Positions 1 through 11,236 are shown, counted from the whole stretch's first letter. The stretch is 63,675 nucleotides of DNA, filler included, from 4 parts of 4 records of this genome joined end to end with filler, not necessarily neighbours in it; one strand, 5' to 3'. Translations and numbers: made by a program. Notes: a model not told the origin generated them from the sequence alone.

Positions 1-582
1 CATGAACTCCTTCAGAATGTCGTTCTGAATGGTACCGCTGAGCTTTTCCGGGGAAACGCCCTGTTCTTCCGCCGCGAGGATATAGAGCGCCATGACCGGC
101 AGCACGGCGCCGTTCATGGTCATCGACACACTCATCTGGTCGAGCGGGATGCCGTCGAAAAGCTGGCGCATGTCGAGAATGCTGTCGATCGCGACCCCAG
201 CCATGCCGACATCGCCGACGACGCGCGGATGATCGCTGTCATAGCCCCGGTGGGTCGCCAGATCGAAGGCCACCGAAAGCCCCTTCTGACCGGCTGCGAG
301 ATTGCGGCGGTAGAAGGCATTCGACTGCTCCGCCGTGGAGAAACCGGCATATTGCCGGACAGTCCAGGGCTTGTTCACATACATGGTCGGATAAGGTCCG
401 CGCAGGAACGGCGGCAGGCCGGGCCAGGTCTTCAGGAAATCGAGGCCCTCGATATCCTCCGCCGTGTAGAGCGGCTTGACCGCGATCCGCTCCGGGGTCT
501 CCCAGACGTCGCCTTCCACAGCAGATCCGCCAGTCGCGGGGTTGCCGAGAGAGACGGTCGAGAAATCGGGTATCGCGCTCAT
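1..582 (-). CDS. scpA: Methylmalonyl-CoA mutase large (catalytic) subunit, 5' part; runs off the window start
   Basis: Not in the ORF track. Manual translation from the ATG at 582 gives MSAIPDFS...[14 protein letters not shown]...[41 protein letters not shown] overlap with the upstream small subunit stop. Confidence 0.93.
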   Translation of the reverse strand, partial: MSAIPDFSTVSLGNPATGGSAVEGDVWETPERIAVKPLYTAEDIEGLDFLKTWPGLPPFLRGPYPTMYVNKPWTVRQYAGFSTAEQSNAFYRRNLAAGQKGLSVAFDLATHRGYDSDHPRVVGDVGMAGVAIDSILDMRQLFDGIPLDQMSVSMTMNGAVLPVMALYILAAEEQGVSPEKLSGTIQNDILKEFM

Positions 583-2504
583 TGTTCGATCACTCCCAAT
601 CCGGCGGCCAGATCGCGAAGGGTCGCGAGGGTCTGGTCTCCAACATAGATGAAACCGTCGATCCCCGCTGCCCGCCAGACATCTTCGTTATCGCCGGGAC
701 GCCCTGCCAGAAGAATACGTTCCGCACCGAATTTCTTCAGGACTTCGGCAGTTTCCACCACAGCTTCGCCGTAGATTTTATCAGAGGAGCAGAGAACAGC
801 AAAACGGCAGCCGCTCTTTTTGAATGCGGCTCCGGCATCACTGCCGCCAGTTTCCGCCGGAACGCTTTCGATACCGCCCGCCGCAAAATAGTTCTGCGCG
901 AAGGTTCCCCGCGCCGTGTAATCAGCCGGCGTGCCAAGATTGATCTGGAAGATCCGGGGCCGTGCGCCTGATTTTTCAAGTGCCGCATCGCTCGCGGCAC
1001 GCAGGGCTTCAAACCCTTCACCGAGCGTGTGACGGGCCAGGGGCACCATCTCCACACCGGGTTTCGCACGGTCCGGCAGAGCGCCTTGACCAAGGACCCC
1101 GCGTAGCGCGTCCCGGTCACACACGACGCCTACCGCCGTTTCCTCACTCAAGTTCGGGAAGGTGCTGACGCCGGTGACCTCGTCCTTGCGCCGGGCGAGG
1201 TTCCGTTCCCGTTCGGCCCAGCCATCGGCAACCATCGAAGCAACCCGGCCAGAGGCAAGCGCGGCGACCATGCCGCCATCAGCCTCTATGGATTGCAGGA
1301 TATCCCAGGCCCGGACCGCATATTCGTCGCTCAGATGTTCGACATACCAGGACCCGCCCGCCGGATCGGTCACGCGATGCAGGCCGGACTCTTCCATCAG
1401 GATGATCTGGGTATTGCGGGCAATGCGGCGGGCGAACCCGTCCGGCAAGCCGACCGCATGATCGTAGGGCAGCACCGTCAGACTGTCCGCCCCGCCGACA
1501 CCGGCGGCAAAGGTCGAGACCGTGGCGCGCAGCATGTTGACCCAGACATCCCGTCCGGCAATCGCCCGCTCCGCCGTGACCACATGCAAGCTCATCGGAG
1601 CATCTGCGGAATCGGTACCGGACGCTTCTAGCACCCGCGCCCAAAGCCGCCGTGCCGCGCGCAGCTTGGCGATGCCCTGGAAAACGTCGACGCCGAGCGC
1701 GAAGGTGAATTCGATCTGCTTTGCGGCTGAGGCGATATCAAGTCCGGCTGCGGTTAGCGCACGCAGATAAGCAATGCCGGTCGCCATCGCGAAGGCCAGA
1801 TCCTGCACTTCGTTGGCGCCCGCTTCGTAATACGGTGCGGTATCGACCGCTACGGATCGCACCTTCGGATGGCTTGCCGCCGTCCGCTTGGCAATCTCCG
1901 CCATCTCCGCAAGAGCATCTTCCGCCGTCTTCGGCAGCCAGCCTTCCCGGGCCAGCGCGCCGAGCGGATCGATCCGAAAACTGCCTGAAACCTCTCCCGC
2001 ATCGCAGCCGCGGCGGGCCCAGAGATCTTCCAGCATGGAGGAGACAGCAGGCGCATATGCGCCCGCATCCAGCGCGACAGGCGCCATGTTCAGGTGAATG
2101 CCGGCGAGCGCCTTGTCGAGATCGTCCGTCGACCCGATGACCACACCCTCCACGCCGGGCCGGTCGACCCGCAGCAGAACCGAAGTCGCGCCGCGCTCCA
2201 GATCCTGCTTTGCCGTCTTGGCAACTTCCGCCGGATCGCCATGCGCCTGCATTTGCCGCACATCCCAGCCGGCCTCAGTCCGATCACCACCCGGAGTTGG
2301 CACGGTCCTGCCGGACGGTGCGTCCTCACCGGTATAGATCGGCTGCAGCGTCAGACCTTCATAGGTTCGACGGGTGAGAACCTTGTCGAACGACGCGCCT
2401 TTCAGCACCGTATCGACAGCACTCATCCAGGCTTCGCGAGACGTTTCGGGAGATTCCTCCGCGAGCGTCATCAAGGTTTTTTCATCCAGGGTCTTCATCG
2501 CCAT
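579..2504 (-). CDS. mutA: Methylmalonyl-CoA mutase small (beta) subunit
   Basis: 641 aa with [33 protein letters not shown] and [10 protein letters not shown] motifs, a degenerate C-terminal B12-binding domain, and adjacency to scpA. Confidence 0.92.
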   Translation of the reverse strand: MAMKTLDEKTLMTLAEESPETSREAWMSAVDTVLKGASFDKVLTRRTYEGLTLQPIYTGEDAPSGRTVPTPGGDRTEAGWDVRQMQAHGDPAEVAKTAKQDLERGATSVLLRVDRPGVEGVVIGSTDDLDKALAGIHLNMAPVALDAGAYAPAVSSMLEDLWARRGCDAGEVSGSFRIDPLGALAREGWLPKTAEDALAEMAEIAKRTAASHPKVRSVAVDTAPYYEAGANEVQDLAFAMATGIAYLRALTAAGLDIASAAKQIEFTFALGVDVFQGIAKLRAARRLWARVLEASGTDSADAPMSLHVVTAERAIAGRDVWVNMLRATVSTFAAGVGGADSLTVLPYDHAVGLPDGFARRIARNTQIILMEESGLHRVTDPAGGSWYVEHLSDEYAVRAWDILQSIEADGGMVAALASGRVASMVADGWAERERNLARRKDEVTGVSTFPNLSEETAVGVVCDRDALRGVLGQGALPDRAKPGVEMVPLARHTLGEGFEALRAASDAALEKSGARPRIFQINLGTPADYTARGTFAQNYFAAGGIESVPAETGGSDAGAAFKKSGCRFAVLCSSDKIYGEAVVETAEVLKKFGAERILLAGRPGDNEDVWRAAGIDGFIYVGDQTLATLRDLAAGLGVIEQ

Positions 2505-2706
2505 GGTCGCCTCTTTGTCACGCTATTGCGTTTGTCCTACTGGGTTGCGGCGGCTTCGGCAAGAAACTCCGGTTGCGGGTTCTGACGATCCTGATCGAGG
2601 TCAATTTACCGCACCGCACCGATTCCCGATTGTTTCGGAGGCGCGCCTCGGCTAAGGCGGGACATCTCCGGCACGCAAGGCCGGCGCGTAAGGAAAGCAT
2701 CGACGC

Positions 2707-4173
2707 ATGCCAACCGTGATCAAAGATGACAGCCGCCCCTACTTCCTGTGGCTCCTCCTGGCCGTCGCGGCACTGACCGCGCTCCGGCTGGCGGTGCTTG
2801 CAGGCAGCGGGCTCGGCCTTCATGGCGACGAGGCGCAATACTGGTCGTGGAGCCGCGATCTTGAATGGGGCTATTATACGAAGCCGCCGCTGATCGCCTT
2901 CATCATCGCCGGGGCGCAATCGCTCTGCGGCGATGGGACCGCCTGTATCCGCGCGCCCTCGCCCTTGCTGCATGCGGGAACAGCGCTCGTCATCTACGGC
3001 ATTGCCGAGACCCTGACAGGGAGCAGGAAAGCCGGGTTCTGGTCCGGGCTGAGTTTTGCGACGCTTCCGGCTGTCTCTCTCTCCAGCCTGCTGATCTCGA
3101 CCGACGTGCCGCTTCTGTTCCTCTGGGCTGTGGCCATGCTGGCCTTCGTCCGCAGCCTGAAAAGCGATGCACCCGGATGGCCTCTGCTGCTCGGCCTCGC
3201 CCTCGGCGCTGGGTTTCTCGCCAAATATGCCATGGCCTATTTCATCCTCGGTCTGGTCCTGTTCACGCTGATCACGCCTGCACACCGGTCCTGGCTGACA
3301 AGCCGGAAGCCGCTGATCGCGCTCGTCATCATGCTTGCCGTGTTCGCGCCGAACCTGATCTGGAATTTCGAGTCCGGCTGGGTGACCTTCACGCACGTCA
3401 AAGACAACACCAATCTGAAGGGCGACCTGTTCCATTTCGGAAAAATGCTGGAGTTTGTCGGCAGCCAGGCCGGTGTCTTCGGGCCGGTGCTTTTCGTCGC
3501 CCTGCTCTGGCGCCTCGCCATGCTGCGCCGGGACCCGGCGGCGCAAATGGAAAAGCTGCTGCTGTGCTTCTCCCTGCCGGTGCTGCTGATCATCACCGGC
3601 CAGGCCTTCCTCAGCCGGGCAAACGCCAACTGGGCGGCTACCGCCTATGTCGCGGCAACGATCCTGGTTGTGTGTTGGCTGCTCAAGCGTGACCGCCTGA
3701 AGCTGGTTGTCGCCGGTATCGGCATCAACCTCACCGCCGCCGCCGTGCTTGGCTTCTTCTTCCTCGATCTGCCGGGCGTTGATGTTCCATTGAAAAACGA
3801 TCCGCTGCGCCGGCTCCGCGCCTGGGACCAGGTGGCCGACCAGCTCCGCCCCATCCTCGCCGCCCATCCGGACGCCGTCTGGCTGACCGAAGACCGCAAG
3901 ACCATGGCCTCCCTGCTCTATGCTCTGCGTGATCTCGAACGCCGGCCGAGGATGTGGGACTATGACGGCCACCCGGACCATCATTACGAGTTGACGGAAC
4001 GTTATCTCCCCAAGCCCGGTGACACGGTTTTGCTGGTAGCAAAATGGGATAATCCGTTCCCGATCCTGGAACGGTTCGGAGAGGTAACTAACCTAATCTC
4101 AATTAAAGCCAAAACAGGAAAAGAAAAAAACCGCACACTACATCTATTTTTGTGTAAGAAATTTGTAAATTAA
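2707..4173 (+). CDS. GT39/ArnT-like (PMT family) polyprenyl-phosphate-sugar glycosyltransferase
   Basis: GDEAQYWSWSRDLEWGYYTKPPL motif, TDVP, GFLAKY, PNLIWN; many transmembrane segments. Confidence 0.88.
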   Translation: MPTVIKDDSRPYFLWLLLAVAALTALRLAVLAGSGLGLHGDEAQYWSWSRDLEWGYYTKPPLIAFIIAGAQSLCGDGTACIRAPSPLLHAGTALVIYGIAETLTGSRKAGFWSGLSFATLPAVSLSSLLISTDVPLLFLWAVAMLAFVRSLKSDAPGWPLLLGLALGAGFLAKYAMAYFILGLVLFTLITPAHRSWLTSRKPLIALVIMLAVFAPNLIWNFESGWVTFTHVKDNTNLKGDLFHFGKMLEFVGSQAGVFGPVLFVALLWRLAMLRRDPAAQMEKLLLCFSLPVLLIITGQAFLSRANANWAATAYVAATILVVCWLLKRDRLKLVVAGIGINLTAAAVLGFFFLDLPGVDVPLKNDPLRRLRAWDQVADQLRPILAAHPDAVWLTEDRKTMASLLYALRDLERRPRMWDYDGHPDHHYELTERYLPKPGDTVLLVAKWDNPFPILERFGEVTNLISIKAKTGKEKNRTLHLFLCKKFVN

Positions 4174-4189
4174 AAGAAAAGGAAATAAA

Positions 4190-5311
4190 ATGTCGAAAGT
4201 TAGAATTTTTTCTTACATAGGATCTCGAGCGCTTGGAGATTTTATTGTAGAATGCGCAGCAGCCACCACGATAAAAGTAAATTTCGAAGACGCATCACTT
4301 ATAGTGTACTACAGAAATGACAGATGGTACAAATCACAGATCATTGAAATGATGCCACAAATCGATTTTTCATTTCACGCATCACCTGAGAAAATAAAAA
4401 ATTTCCCCATTGATTGCTTTGACAAAAGATCAGGGTCCCCTCTTACTTTTAATAATGAAAATTGGATTAAAATGGACGGAAGGCGATCCGATATAATATT
4501 AACATCACAAACTCTGAATGATTTTGCGATGCCTTCTTTCAAAAAAAAATCTAGGTTTGTCATTCCAGAAAAAAAACAAATATCATTAAAGCAAAACCTC
4601 ATAGATCTAGGCCTCGATGAAAACCGTTGGTTTGCCTGCCTCTATTGGAGAGAACCAGGATACCCAGGGCGCCCGCCGCACCTCTTCAGAGATATTCTTG
4701 ATCCACGCCCATACATCGAGTTGGCAGACTACATAGTAAAAAAACAAGGCGGGCAAGTTGTTAGAATCGGCCACCCTGGAATGACACCACTCCCAAAAAT
4801 TGATGGAATCATTGATATTTCCCACATAGAAAATAACATCTCTCTCCATGCATACGCAGTCATGTCTTCTCGCTATTTTATTTCTTCAAACTCTGGCCCC
4901 CTTTCTTTTGGCCCAGCGTTCGGAACTCCAACTCTTATCACTGAAAACACAGATCCAAACGGTATTTGGAACGAGCATGACCGCTCATTAGGCGCAAAAA
5001 TCATAATGAACGGCAAACAGTACCGCCAAAAAGAAGCATTGGAAGCTGGCTTAATGAACGGGGCCTTACTGAAGGCGCACTTAGCATCAAAAAAACCGGA
5101 CATCATCATTGAAAAATGCACCGCCGAAGAGCTTAAATTCGGCGCAGACGACTTCTATGAGCGCACCGAAGACATTTCAGGATGGCGCACCTCGAACCAC
5201 ACTGATAACGGCGTGAAAACCTTCACTAATAAGCTCGAGCTTCCCTTGAAACCTACTTTGACAAAAAATTATTTTCTACAACTTCCAAATACCGGAGACG
5301 GGATAGATTAA
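4190..5311 (+). CDS. TIGR04372-like glycosyltransferase (GT9-like fold)
   Basis: WFACLYWRE, VVRIGHPG and YFISSNSGP...FGTP motifs. AT-rich coding sequence. Confidence 0.65.
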   Translation: MSKVRIFSYIGSRALGDFIVECAAATTIKVNFEDASLIVYYRNDRWYKSQIIEMMPQIDFSFHASPEKIKNFPIDCFDKRSGSPLTFNNENWIKMDGRRSDIILTSQTLNDFAMPSFKKKSRFVIPEKKQISLKQNLIDLGLDENRWFACLYWREPGYPGRPPHLFRDILDPRPYIELADYIVKKQGGQVVRIGHPGMTPLPKIDGIIDISHIENNISLHAYAVMSSRYFISSNSGPLSFGPAFGTPTLITENTDPNGIWNEHDRSLGAKIIMNGKQYRQKEALEAGLMNGALLKAHLASKKPDIIIEKCTAEELKFGADDFYERTEDISGWRTSNHTDNGVKTFTNKLELPLKPTLTKNYFLQLPNTGDGID

Positions 5312-5426
5312 GGTATATTTAAACCAATCAAAAACCAGAAAAAACTCAAACCAAATACAAGCCTCTCCCCCGCCCTCAGAAATATCCATCTCGTGAAAAA
5401 TTGATCGCGGCTTCCACCCTATAAAC

Positions 5427-8372
5427 ATGATAAACGAGACATTGCACGCCGCTACGCGACAGCAAATTTATCCGTATGAACACGCTACCGTCACCCAATC
5501 GTTCACCATTGAAATCTCTGCCTCCATGAAGCTCCAGAACTCTATACAGAAACAGATGCAGTTCAATTATGAGCAGCACGCCTCCAAAGCATTCTTCGAC
5601 ATTGTTGACAGCAAAAACATCCCACACCCATTCACATACAAAGGCTTTCTCCTAGGAGCAGCCCGATCAGCAAGCAAACTCATTGAGGCAGGCGTGAAAC
5701 CCGGAGACAGAGTGCTCATCTGCATGTCTCATCAGACGGCCCTGTTCCTCGCGATTGCATCGGCCTTTCATGCTGGCGCGATTCCAATTGTAATGACGCC
5801 GCCAAATCCAAAGATTTCCGAACAAGATTATGCCGAGATGATCGCGGTTTTGATTGATCAAATCAGTCCTCGGCTGAGTATCGTCGACGAAGCTTCCCGA
5901 CTTTTTATCGACACTCGCAAATCACCAGTTCTGGGGGCATCTACCATCCTCCAGACATCCACGGCTGAACCTATCCCCTACCGCCCTCGCCCCGACAATA
6001 TGCCTGTCATCATTCAGTATAGTTCGGGCACCACCGGCCTAAAAAAAGGCGTAGAGATTTCCGAAGCAGCCCTTCTGGAACAAATAGAGCGCTATACCAA
6101 TGCAATCGGCATTACACAGGACAGCGTTATTAGCAGCTGGCTTCCTCTATATCATGATATGGGGTTAATTTGCTCTTACTGGACTCCGCTTCTGACTGCG
6201 GCAAGAGCAGTACATATGTCTCCATTTGACTGGCTATCAAACCCGCAGTGGTTTTTGCGTCGAATTGAACAAATGCAAGCCACGCATATATGGCTACCAA
6301 ACTTTGCCTATTCATATATGGCACGGTGGTACAAACCATCGATCCACGGAGCCTTCGATCTATCCTCAATCCAGATGATCACGAATTGCTCAGAGCCAGT
6401 CACGGATGCTGCACAAAACGCATTTCTCGATGCGTTCTCCAAATGCGGCATTAACAGCCAACAATTGCACTCCTGTTACGCAATGGCTGAAACAACTTTT
6501 GCCATGACATCGACCAACCACGCACACCCCCAGAACAGACTAAAAATTAACCCACAATCCCTATCTTACGGAAAGCCCGTGAAAGACGGGCGCAAAACCA
6601 TCGTCAGCTCAGGTGTCCCGATTGCAGGTACAACGCTTCAAATTCGTAGTTCCGAGGAGAAAAAACTGCCTGATCGCCATGTCGGCTCAATTCATGTTCA
6701 ATCACCGTCACTTATGTCGGGATATTTTAATACCGCCTCCGCTGCGACAAACATCACAAAGGAAGACTTTTTCGCAACTGGCGACATAGGCTTTATATCC
6801 GACGATCATCTTTATGTCGTTGGACGCATGGATGACATGATTATTGCCTATGGCGCCAATTACGATCCTGTCGCAATCGAAGAGGCGCTCTGGGATATCA
6901 AAGGCATCATACCCGGCAGAGCTGCGGCAATCGGCGTCACATTGAATAATCCGGCGACGACAGATATTGTCATACTCTGTGAAACGAATGCATCAACGAC
7001 CGAGGAAAATCAGGCGATAGCCTCGGAAGTTCGCAGCCGTATCTTGAAAACTTTTAATTTTATCCCCGCAGTCATCGAAACGCTCCCTCGACAAACGCTG
7101 AAAAAGGCATCCTCCGGAAAAATTTCCCGCAAAAGTGCACACGCCATCTTTGCCAGCCTAAGCTCTCAAAATGATGCATTGCCCTCAGAACGAACACAGG
7201 ATCTCTCTGAAAAAATTCACCGCTTCTTGAAACGACGCTTCAACCTTAACGACAGCGCTATCGACAGTGGAAATTTTCTTTCGTCAGGGCTACTCGACTC
7301 CCTCGCAATCGTAGACCTAATTCTTTTGCTTGAGGAAAATGTTGGGAAACCAGTGCCGTCACCTTTGGAAGTTGGCTTCGACAAGTTCGAGTCTATTCAG
7401 TCAATCTGTCACCTGGCAGAAAAAGCTCGCACGGGTGAATATGAGCGCCCGCTGGTTATTTCTGATGGTGCAGCCCATGCGATCGAAAAAACTCGAATCC
7501 TCCAGAAAGCACCGTCCTCATTTTCCTCATTCATACTATCCTCGAGCAATTTTAAAGTTTTATCGGCAACTGAACTTAGCTCCGATGAGATTACTTTTTT
7601 TAATTTCTACACCGGAGGCGCCTCACTTCCTGATTTTTACGCCATCACATCTTACATACTTGAAACAATACAAAAAAATATAGAAACACTTATAATATCA
7701 ATAGATATTGAGCGAGTTGGCAGTTTTCTTGAACTTCCATCCTCTTCGGTTTTGAGAACCCCTGTTCTCAAACCATATCTACTAAAATATTCGGAAAATA
7801 TTGACCTTTCATTAGCAGATCGCAGAGATGCACAAGTCCGTAACAGGCGGATAAATCAAATAAGATTTGGTGCCATTGAGGATGATGTAAAAGAAATATT
7901 GAAACCCAATGGAGATTCTGAATTTTTACGAAATGGAAAAAACATCTCCCGATACACACATGCAAAAAATGACATACAATCTGGAATTTCTGCTTATTTT
8001 ATGCGGACCCACAATTCTAGAAAAATAAAAACAAGCACAATTAAAAGAAAATTCCTCAGCTTTTCTCATCTCATCAAAGATAAATGCGATAAGATAATAT
8101 TTATTATTCCCCCATACCACCCTAAGCTTTTTGATGCGGTAATAAACGATCCCATCTCAAAATCAGAATATAATCGAATAACAAATATAATCTCGGAGTC
8201 ATTCCCTGAAAACACCGACATTATTGACATGCGAGAACCATCGAAATTTGGAGGTGATCCGGAAGATTTTATGGATGTGACGCACCCCGGCCCACTCAAT
8301 GGCATATGCGCCGCACGCCTTTTGAAAGCCTATCTCGCAACGGCTCAAAAAAATGCTACAAAAGTAGATTAG
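5427..8372 (+). CDS. Fatty acyl-AMP ligase-like adenylation domain + acyl carrier domain + SGNH/DltD-like domain (true start may be 5526 or 5556)
   Basis: Adenylation motifs QYSSGTTGLKKGV, SWLPLYHDMGLI, CYAMAETT, ATGDIG and KASSGKISR. Carrier motif SGLLDSLAIVDL (Ser near 7299). C-terminal ILSSS / FNFYTGGAS / IPPYHP / FMDVTHP blocks. Confidence 0.8.
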   Translation: MINETLHAATRQQIYPYEHATVTQSFTIEISASMKLQNSIQKQMQFNYEQHASKAFFDIVDSKNIPHPFTYKGFLLGAARSASKLIEAGVKPGDRVLICMSHQTALFLAIASAFHAGAIPIVMTPPNPKISEQDYAEMIAVLIDQISPRLSIVDEASRLFIDTRKSPVLGASTILQTSTAEPIPYRPRPDNMPVIIQYSSGTTGLKKGVEISEAALLEQIERYTNAIGITQDSVISSWLPLYHDMGLICSYWTPLLTAARAVHMSPFDWLSNPQWFLRRIEQMQATHIWLPNFAYSYMARWYKPSIHGAFDLSSIQMITNCSEPVTDAAQNAFLDAFSKCGINSQQLHSCYAMAETTFAMTSTNHAHPQNRLKINPQSLSYGKPVKDGRKTIVSSGVPIAGTTLQIRSSEEKKLPDRHVGSIHVQSPSLMSGYFNTASAATNITKEDFFATGDIGFISDDHLYVVGRMDDMIIAYGANYDPVAIEEALWDIKGIIPGRAAAIGVTLNNPATTDIVILCETNASTTEENQAIASEVRSRILKTFNFIPAVIETLPRQTLKKASSGKISRKSAHAIFASLSSQNDALPSERTQDLSEKIHRFLKRRFNLNDSAIDSGNFLSSGLLDSLAIVDLILLLEENVGKPVPSPLEVGFDKFESIQSICHLAEKARTGEYERPLVISDGAAHAIEKTRILQKAPSSFSSFILSSSNFKVLSATELSSDEITFFNFYTGGASLPDFYAITSYILETIQKNIETLIISIDIERVGSFLELPSSSVLRTPVLKPYLLKYSENIDLSLADRRDAQVRNRRINQIRFGAIEDDVKEILKPNGDSEFLRNGKNISRYTHAKNDIQSGISAYFMRTHNSRKIKTSTIKRKFLSFSHLIKDKCDKIIFIIPPYHPKLFDAVINDPISKSEYNRITNIISESFPENTDIIDMREPSKFGGDPEDFMDVTHPGPLNGICAARLLKAYLATAQKNATKVD

Positions 8373-8479
8373 CCAATCGGCACAACGGATGGACAAACTC
8401 CCTCATTGACTCTAGTAGGAACGCAAAGGCGCCAAAGCGCAGCCAGACCGTCGATGCTGCGGGATAATGATCGAATTTA

Positions 8480-10048
8480 ATGTATGAGTCAGAGTTGACG
8501 GAAAATGTCATGACGCTTAGCGCGCGCAACAAGATCAAAGAGCTTTCCCAACTTTCTGAGATTTCTGAACGACTCAAGAAAGATGGTAAAAAAATTGCGC
8601 ATGCGCATGGCACATTCGACTTGCTGCATCTGGGACATGTGCGTCACCTGGAGCATGCTCGACGCGAAGGCGATGTCTTGTTTGTCACCGTTACTGCTGA
8701 TGAGTTCGTCCGAAAAGGTCCGGGCCGACCAGTTTTCACAGACCAACTGAGAGCAGAAATGCTTGCAGCTCTGGAATATGTCAGCTGGGTAGGCATCAAT
8801 CCCGCGCCCTCTGCCGAAGATGCCATTAACGCCATCAAGCCGGACGCCTATATCAAGGGATCGGATTACGTCGACGCAGCACAGGACGTAACCGGCAAAA
8901 TCGTTGACGAGCGGAAAGCGGTCGAGAGCCACGGCGGTCGCGTCGTCTTTACAGAGGATATCACCTTCAGCTCAAGCCAGCTCATCAATCGCCATGTCGA
9001 TGTTTTCGAACCGGAAGTGCGTAACTATCTGGACCAGGTACGCGCCGAGATCGGATTACAACCCATTCTTGATCTGATCGATCAAATACAAGACATGAAA
9101 ATCCTGATAATCGGCGACACCATTCTTGATGAGTATCAGTACGTCACGCCCTCGGGACAGCCCTCCAAAGAAAATATCATGTCTACCCGCCATCATGACA
9201 TTGAGATGTTTGCCGGAGGGGTTATTGCTGCCGCAAACCATGTCGCGAGCTTTTGCAGGCAAGTCGATATTCTTACCTGTTTTGGCGAAAGTGATTCGCG
9301 CGAACATTTTGTCGAGGCACATACACGAGACAATGTGAACATCGTCCCAGTCTATCGACCTAACGCGCCGACCACTCGCAAGCTGCGCTATGTAGACAAC
9401 AGCTATCTTCGCAAATTGTTCGAAGTTCAGTTTATCGAGGATTCACCTCTGCCTCAGGTCGCGAAGGAGCAGTTACATGCCAAGATCAGTGAACTCGCAC
9501 CTCAATACGATGTTGTCATGGCTGCAGATTTCGGCCACGGCCTCATCACCGGAGACACCGTTGATCTGATTTGCGAAACAGCTCCGTTTCTTGCTGTCAA
9601 CGCCCAGACAAACAGCGCTAATCGGGGGTATAATTTAATCACCAAATACCCGCGCGCGGACTATGTCTGCATCGATGCCCCGGAAGCTCGCCTTGCCGTC
9701 GGCGATCGTTTCAGCGACCTTGGCTATATTGCTCAGGAGATATTGCCAAAACGGATGGATTGTAGCCGGATGATTTTGACACACGGGCGGCATGGGTGCG
9801 TTGCGTATGATGCCAACGATCAGACTCCATCACATATCCCCGCCTTCACCACGCGTGTGGTAGATACTATGGGAGCTGGCGATGCGTTCTTCGCGATTAC
9901 TGCACCGCTGGCCAAGATTGACACGAAGATTGCAAATGTCGGACTGATCGGCAGTATCGCCGGTGCCATCAAAGTCGGAATTGTCGGCCACCGCGATTCG
10001 GTGGATAAGGTCAGCGTGGTCAAAGCTCTGACCGCACTATTGAAATAG
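8480..10048 (+). CDS. Bifunctional sugar nucleotidyltransferase + PfkB-family sugar kinase (HldE/RfaE-like, transferase domain first); start may be 8510
   Basis: HGTFDLLHLGH and KGPGRP motifs in the N-terminal part, VDTMGAGDAF PfkB motif at the C-terminus. Confidence 0.88.
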   Translation: MYESELTENVMTLSARNKIKELSQLSEISERLKKDGKKIAHAHGTFDLLHLGHVRHLEHARREGDVLFVTVTADEFVRKGPGRPVFTDQLRAEMLAALEYVSWVGINPAPSAEDAINAIKPDAYIKGSDYVDAAQDVTGKIVDERKAVESHGGRVVFTEDITFSSSQLINRHVDVFEPEVRNYLDQVRAEIGLQPILDLIDQIQDMKILIIGDTILDEYQYVTPSGQPSKENIMSTRHHDIEMFAGGVIAAANHVASFCRQVDILTCFGESDSREHFVEAHTRDNVNIVPVYRPNAPTTRKLRYVDNSYLRKLFEVQFIEDSPLPQVAKEQLHAKISELAPQYDVVMAADFGHGLITGDTVDLICETAPFLAVNAQTNSANRGYNLITKYPRADYVCIDAPEARLAVGDRFSDLGYIAQEILPKRMDCSRMILTHGRHGCVAYDANDQTPSHIPAFTTRVVDTMGAGDAFFAITAPLAKIDTKIANVGLIGSIAGAIKVGIVGHRDSVDKVSVVKALTALLK

Positions 10049-10077
10049 GCTGTCATCAGGCCCAGAGCACACACGGA

Positions 10078-11220
10078 TTGACTAAAAGCATGCTGGAAAA
10101 AACACCTTCACAAAATCCGATCCCCTATGTCGATATCGGCGCTCAGTTCGCCGAAGAACGCGACGAGCTCATGCCGATCATAGAGGATGTCCTGCGGAGC
10201 GGTATGTATGTAGGAGGCCCCTGGAACGACAAACTTGAGCAGGCACTGACAGAACTCTGCGGCACCAAACATGTCGTGACGCTCAATTCCGGAACTGACG
10301 CGCTGATTATCTCACTTGCTGCCCTCGGAATCGGTGCGGGAGACGAGGTTATCACTCCGCCGAATTCTTTCGTTGCTTCGACCGCCGTGATTGCCCATGT
10401 CGGCGCTACGCCGATTTTTGCTGATGTGCTACCGGACCAGAATATCGATCCCATTGAGATCGAAAAAAAAATCACATCTAAAACCAAGGCGATCATGCCG
10501 GTCCATCTAACCGGCAGAATTGCCGACATGGGCCCTATCAAGGAGATCGCAGACCAGCATGGTCTAGCGATCATTGAAGACGCGGCACAGTCCATCGGCT
10601 CGCTCTATGACGGTAAACCAAGCGGTTCTTTTGGAGATGCAGGTTGCTTCTCAGCTCACCCACTTAAAAATCTCAATGCCTGTGGCGATGCCGGGTTTCT
10701 CACAACCGACCGGGATGATATCGCAGAGTTCGCGCGGCTCTACCGCAATCACGGACTGATCGACCGCAACACCGTTACACGTTTTGGCTCGGTTTCGCGG
10801 ATGGACCAGATCCAGGCCGCTATTCTTCACTTCCGTCTCGGCAATATGAGCCAGCTTGTTGAACGCCGACGAAACAATGCAGCACGCTATCGTGAGCTGC
10901 TAGATCCAGCGCTCGCCTTCTCACCTCCTTGCCGGGACATAGAGTTCAACAGCTTCCACACCTTTGTCATCCAAGTCGATCATCGTGATGCGCTACAGAG
11001 CCACCTCTCTTCGCTTGGAATCGGCACGGCGATCCACTATCCGGTACCTATCCATCTACAGCCAGCAGCAGCCTATCTTGGCCACAAACAGGGGGATTAT
11101 CCGGTAACCGAAGAGCAATCGCAGCGGATCATCACTCTACCGATACACCAAAACCTGACCGAGGCGGAGATCCAGCGGGTGGCACATGCGGTAAACGCAT
11201 TTCTTGCCAAAGCCTCGTGA
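10078..11220 (+). CDS. DegT/DnrJ/EryC1/StrS PLP-dependent sugar aminotransferase
   Basis: NSGTDAL, IIEDAAQS, CFSAHPLKNL (PLP lysine) and IHYPVPIH. Confidence 0.93.
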   Translation: MTKSMLEKTPSQNPIPYVDIGAQFAEERDELMPIIEDVLRSGMYVGGPWNDKLEQALTELCGTKHVVTLNSGTDALIISLAALGIGAGDEVITPPNSFVASTAVIAHVGATPIFADVLPDQNIDPIEIEKKITSKTKAIMPVHLTGRIADMGPIKEIADQHGLAIIEDAAQSIGSLYDGKPSGSFGDAGCFSAHPLKNLNACGDAGFLTTDRDDIAEFARLYRNHGLIDRNTVTRFGSVSRMDQIQAAILHFRLGNMSQLVERRRNNAARYRELLDPALAFSPPCRDIEFNSFHTFVIQVDHRDALQSHLSSLGIGTAIHYPVPIHLQPAAAYLGHKQGDYPVTEEQSQRIITLPIHQNLTEAEIQRVAHAVNAFLAKAS

Positions 11221-11236
11221 AGCTGGAGAAAAGTAT

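Noticed and set aside
2518-3984. 488-aa antisense ORF, and similar long shadows (12333-13445, 21790-23337, 36457-38079, 50784-52178)
   Set aside because: Antisense shadows of well-supported genes in GC-rich DNA with no recognisable motifs.
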